From an uncultured Gemmatimonadales bacterium (lineage in GTDB: Bacteria > Gemmatimonadota > Gemmatimonadetes > Longimicrobiales > RSA9): a stretch of 64,000 nucleotides of DNA. The translations under genes were made by a program, and so were the position numbers. Shown here one piece after another: positions 60,731 to 64,000 of the stretch. The notes below the pieces were generated by a model. It made no database searches, had not been told where the DNA came from, and was given only the letters and a program-made list of their open reading frames with translations. The DNA lies in the NCBI GenBank assembly GCA_963708135.1, contig OY970192.1:4608001-4672000 (forward strand), given 5' to 3'. Every line of letters starts with the position of its first letter. Position 1 is the first letter of the stretch.

Positions 60731-61696
60731 GTGTCCGCTCCGCCCGGCTCGGACTCGGCAACGCGCGCGGCGCGGCCGCTGCACGGCATCGTCGCCCGGG
60801 CCGGCGGCGGGACCTACCGGGTCTGGCTGGAGACCGGCGAGCAGGTCGAGGCGACGCTGCGCGGCCGACTCAAGCTCGAGCAGCGGACCGGCGACCGCGT
60901 CACCGCCGGCGATCGGGTCGCCATCCAGCACGGCGCGGACGGCGCGGCCACGATCGAGGAAGTCGAGGAGCGGGAGAGCGAGCTCGCCCGCCGTGCCCCG
61001 GGAGCCGGGACGCGGCGGGCGAAGATCATCGTGGCCAACGTGGAGCAGGTCGTCGTCGTGCTGGCGGCCGCCCGCCCCGAGGCCAACCTGCGCATGCTCG
61101 ACCGCTTCCTCGTGGTGGCCGAGAGCAACTACCTCCCCGCGGTCATCGTCGTCAACAAGACCGATCTGGTCCCGCCCGGCGCCGTGGAGGCGCGCTTCGC
61201 GGCGTATGCGGCCGCCGGCTACGCGGTGCTGCCCACCAGCGCCGGCACGGGCGAGGGCGTCGCGGCCCTGCGCGACCTCGTCTGCGGTCACACCAGCGTC
61301 TTCACCGGCCCGTCCGGGGTGGGCAAATCCACGCTGCTCAACGAGATCGAGCCGGGGCTCTCGCTTCGCACCGCCGCCGTGAGCGAAGCGGTGGGCAAGG
61401 GACAGCACACCACCGTGGCGGCCGAGCTCATCCCGCTCGCGTGCGGCGGGTGGGTGGCCGACACGCCCGGCCTGCGCGAGCTCGGCCTGTGGGGCGTTCC
61501 GGCCGAGGACGTGGAGCGCTGCTTCCCGGAGATGGAGCCCTACCTCGGCCGCTGCCGCTTCGCCTCGTGCAGCCACACGCACGAGCCGGAATGCGCGGTC
61601 CGGGAGGCGGTCGAGGCCGGCGAGATCGACGCCGCGCGCTACCGCAGCTATGCCGACCTGCGCGCCGAGATGGTCGAGGCCGCCAGGCGCGGGTAG
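60731..61696 (+). CDS. rsgA: Ribosome small subunit-dependent GTPase A
   Basis: Circularly permuted GTPase motifs NKTD, GPSGVGKS, GQHTT, DTPG; zinc finger CRFASCSHTHEPEC. Confidence 0.96.
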   Translation: MSAPPGSDSATRAARPLHGIVARAGGGTYRVWLETGEQVEATLRGRLKLEQRTGDRVTAGDRVAIQHGADGAATIEEVEERESELARRAPGAGTRRAKIIVANVEQVVVVLAAARPEANLRMLDRFLVVAESNYLPAVIVVNKTDLVPPGAVEARFAAYAAAGYAVLPTSAGTGEGVAALRDLVCGHTSVFTGPSGVGKSTLLNEIEPGLSLRTAAVSEAVGKGQHTTVAAELIPLACGGWVADTPGLRELGLWGVPAEDVERCFPEMEPYLGRCRFASCSHTHEPECAVREAVEAGEIDAARYRSYADLRAEMVEAARRG

Positions 61697-61705
61697 GGGG
61701 CGGCC

Positions 61706-63727
61706 TCAAAACCCGGTGCCCGCGCTCAGGCCGAGCGAGATCGAACGGGAGCGGGGCGGGAAGTTGTACACGTCGCGGTACGGCGTGCCCAGCAGGTCCT
61801 CCACGCGCAGCCGCAGGGCGAGGGCGGGGCGTCCCCGCGCGGTGCCGAGCAGCGGACGCTCGGCAGCGAGGTCCACCCGCGTGTAGGCGGGGAGCGTGAC
61901 CCGCCGCGCGGGATAGGTGGAGAAGTCGAGGTCCGCGCGGCGCCCGACGAGGAGCATGGTGGCGGCCAGTCGGCCGCCGCCCGGGAGGCGCCACTCCCCT
62001 GTCAGGCTGCCGGAGCTCGCGGGCCGCCGCAGCAGCGGCTGCCCCTCGGTGAAGGACGGATCGCCGCCGATGCCCTGATCGATGACGGCCGTGGACAGGC
62101 GGGTGAAGCTGCCCGAGACGAGCAGGTCGGGGCGGAGAGTGGCACGGGCGGAGACCTCGAGGCCGTCCGCGCGCGCGGCGCCCAGGTTGTAGTAGTTGGG
62201 CGTGCCGGGATCGCTCGGTGAGGGATCGTACTGGACGAGCCCGTGGAAGCGCTGGCGGAAGAGCGTCGCCTCGAGGTCGAGGCGGCCACCGAGCGCGCGC
62301 TGGCCGATCGCGCCCTCGAGGCTGCGCGAGCGCTCGGGCTCGAGGTCCGGGTTCCCGGTCACGTAGCCGCGCGCGTACGTTTCGTAGAAGGTCGGCTCCT
62401 TGAAGGCGGTGCCGGCGGCGGCGCGCAGGCGGGTCCCCTCCGCGAGCCGCCAGGTGGCGCCGGCCCGCCAGGTGAGGAAGCGGCCGAAGCCCTGGTTGTC
62501 GTCGAGCCGCAGGCCCCCATCGAGCGTGATCCCCCCGCTCCCGCGCGTGAGCAGCTGCGCGTAGCCGGCGCGGTTCCAGCGGCCCACCACCTGGGAGTCC
62601 GCCGACGGTCCGTACTGACTTCCGGAGAGGCTGGAGCTCCGCTCGTGCTCGCGCTCGAGCGCCGCGCCCACGGTGAGGATCGTTCCCGCAGCAGCGCGGA
62701 GGTTCAGGCGCAGGTCGGCGCTCCGGCGGTAGACCTTCGCGTCGCTCGTGTAGGCGAAGTAGCCGAGCGTGTCGGCGGGACCGTCGGGGGGGTCGCGGAA
62801 GTGGTCCGCGGTCTCGTCCGTGCCGAGCAGGAGCCGCGCCTCCGCATCCTCGCCGAAGCGGTGCCCGGCATCCAGCCCGAGCGTGAGGAAGCTGCCGCGG
62901 TCCGCCTGGTTGCGGTCGACCAGGGCCCCGGCGCCGTCCGTCGGGTAGTGGTAGTCGGTGCCGGTCCGGCGCAGCGTGAGCGACGCGTCGGTCGCCGGGT
63001 CGGGCCGGAGCGCCAGCCGGGCGCTCACCACGTTCCGACCGTACGCGCTGTTGAAGGCGTAGGCCTCTCCCGCGTGCAGCCGCGAGCCCTCCACGGAGTA
63101 GGAGGCGACGCTCCCGCCGCCGGACGCGCGCGCGCTCCACTCCGTCGTCGCGTAGCGCCCGGGGGCGGGGGCGCCCGGCACGTCCAGCCGGTCCGCCACC
63201 GCAGTCCGCACCAATGCGGCCACGCGGGGCGGACCCGCGCCCTCGCGGGTGAAGATCTGCACGACCCCGGTCACCGCATCCGAGCCGTACAGGACGCTGG
63301 CGGGCCCGCGCACCACCTCGATCCTCTCGACGTCGTCCGTGGTCAGGTGCGAGAAGTCGTACGCCCCGCCGGGGCCGTTGGCCGGCACGCCGTCCACGAG
63401 CACCTTCACGTAGTCGCTCTCGCCGCCGCGGATGAACAGCGATGAGACCCCGCCCTCGAGCGGCGGCTGCGCGACCGCGACGCCGGGGAGCGTGCGCAAC
63501 GCATCCGCGACCGTGACGATCCCGCGCGCGCGCAGCTCCGCGCCGGTGACGACGCTCACGGCCACGGGGGTGGCCTCGGCCCGCGTCGGGAGTCGCGTCG
63601 CCGTGACGACGAGGCCGGGGAGCGCGAAGGTGTCGGCCGGCTCCTGTGCCGCCGCGCGGCGGGGTGCGGCGGCGGCCGCGGCGAGGGCGGCCAGGACGAG
63701 CGGGGCGGCGGCGAGACGCGAGCTCAT
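61706..63727 (-). CDS. TonB-dependent receptor, BtuB (cobalamin)-like
   Basis: LVVTATR TonB box, SLFIRGGESDYVKVLVDGV, VERIEVVRGPASVLYGSDAVTGVVQIFT, GNPDLEPE, LLRRP, C-terminal Phe. Confidence 0.88.
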   Translation of the reverse strand: MSSRLAAAPLVLAALAAAAAAPRRAAAQEPADTFALPGLVVTATRLPTRAEATPVAVSVVTGAELRARGIVTVADALRTLPGVAVAQPPLEGGVSSLFIRGGESDYVKVLVDGVPANGPGGAYDFSHLTTDDVERIEVVRGPASVLYGSDAVTGVVQIFTREGAGPPRVAALVRTAVADRLDVPGAPAPGRYATTEWSARASGGGSVASYSVEGSRLHAGEAYAFNSAYGRNVVSARLALRPDPATDASLTLRRTGTDYHYPTDGAGALVDRNQADRGSFLTLGLDAGHRFGEDAEARLLLGTDETADHFRDPPDGPADTLGYFAYTSDAKVYRRSADLRLNLRAAAGTILTVGAALEREHERSSSLSGSQYGPSADSQVVGRWNRAGYAQLLTRGSGGITLDGGLRLDDNQGFGRFLTWRAGATWRLAEGTRLRAAAGTAFKEPTFYETYARGYVTGNPDLEPERSRSLEGAIGQRALGGRLDLEATLFRQRFHGLVQYDPSPSDPGTPNYYNLGAARADGLEVSARATLRPDLLVSGSFTRLSTAVIDQGIGGDPSFTEGQPLLRRPASSGSLTGEWRLPGGGRLAATMLLVGRRADLDFSTYPARRVTLPAYTRVDLAAERPLLGTARGRPALALRLRVEDLLGTPYRDVYNFPPRSRSISLGLSAGTGF

Positions 63728-63999
63728 TCTTCCTGCTCCGGGTGTGGTGTGGTCGAAGAGAGCGGCGAACGGTGGGGCGGCGCCGCGGCGCTTGGGTCTT
63801 CGGCGGCGGGGCCGGCCAGCGGCACGACCTGTGGCGCGCCCGTGTCGCGGCCGGGTCCCGGGTGCGGGACCACGGCCACGGGCCAGCCGTAGACCCGCTC
63901 GATGACCGGCCGCGTCACCACGACCGGCGGCGGCCCTTCGGCGGCGACGCGGCCGCGCTCCAGGAGCAGCAGCCCGTCGGCGTACCGGGCGGCCAGGTT
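63724..63999 (-). CDS. Iron/cobalamin ABC transporter ATP-binding protein, C-terminal part (runs off the window end)
   Basis: Manual translation NLAARYADGLLLLERGRVAAEGPPPVVVTRPVIERVYG, typical of FecE/BtuD C-termini; overlaps the receptor start. Confidence 0.85.
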   Translation of the reverse strand, partial: NLAARYADGLLLLERGRVAAEGPPPVVVTRPVIERVYGWPVAVVPHPGPGRDTGAPQVVPLAGPAAEDPSAAAPPHRSPLSSTTPHPEQEE

Positions 64000-64000
64000 G

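Overview
A very GC-rich bacterial chromosomal segment. The gene styles (SusC/SusD pair, GWxTD protein, short RpoD-like sigma factors lacking region 1.1, AraC plus TPR pair) suggest Gemmatimonadota or a related FCB-group lineage; this is an inference. It contains about 46 CDS. In order: a secreted S8 protease preceded by a propeptide-like lipoprotein, a TPR protein and an AraC regulator; two acyl-CoA dehydrogenases; a stand-alone HisKA protein; gcvH, an MBL hydrolase, gcvP and a lipoate ligase; an Opp/Dpp ABC transporter; a GWxTD lipoprotein; a frameshifted Slt-type lytic transglycosylase; a polyprenol/phytol kinase-like gene; a cold-shock gene; a SusC-SusD-tricorn protease-CocE/NonD locus; polA; ssb; an outer-membrane barrel; a sigma-70 factor; a DUF4126-like gene; a seven-gene minus-strand cluster (Omp85-like, amidohydrolase, methyltransferase, YceI, FAD oxidoreductase, SRPBCC cyclase, KAS II); maeB-pckA-HD hydrolase; an intact IS1634-family element; a PP2C phosphatase; a lipoprotein; a second sigma-70; rsgA; and a BtuB-like receptor with a partial ABC ATPase. 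The best candidates for undescribed biology are (1) the KS/cyclase/FAD/methyltransferase/YceI cluster, a possible ACP-less, CLF-less aromatic lipid or quinone pathway, (2) an unannotated ~300-nt transcription unit with a 13-nt perfect Shine-Dalgarno and a 20-codon ORF, (3) a peptide-utilisation SusCD locus, (4) a stand-alone subtilase-propeptide lipoprotein, and (5) an IS that duplicated a CTAG serving as the shared stop codon of two convergent genes. I saw no rRNA, tRNA or CRISPR array. All calls come from reading motifs by eye; no database search was run.
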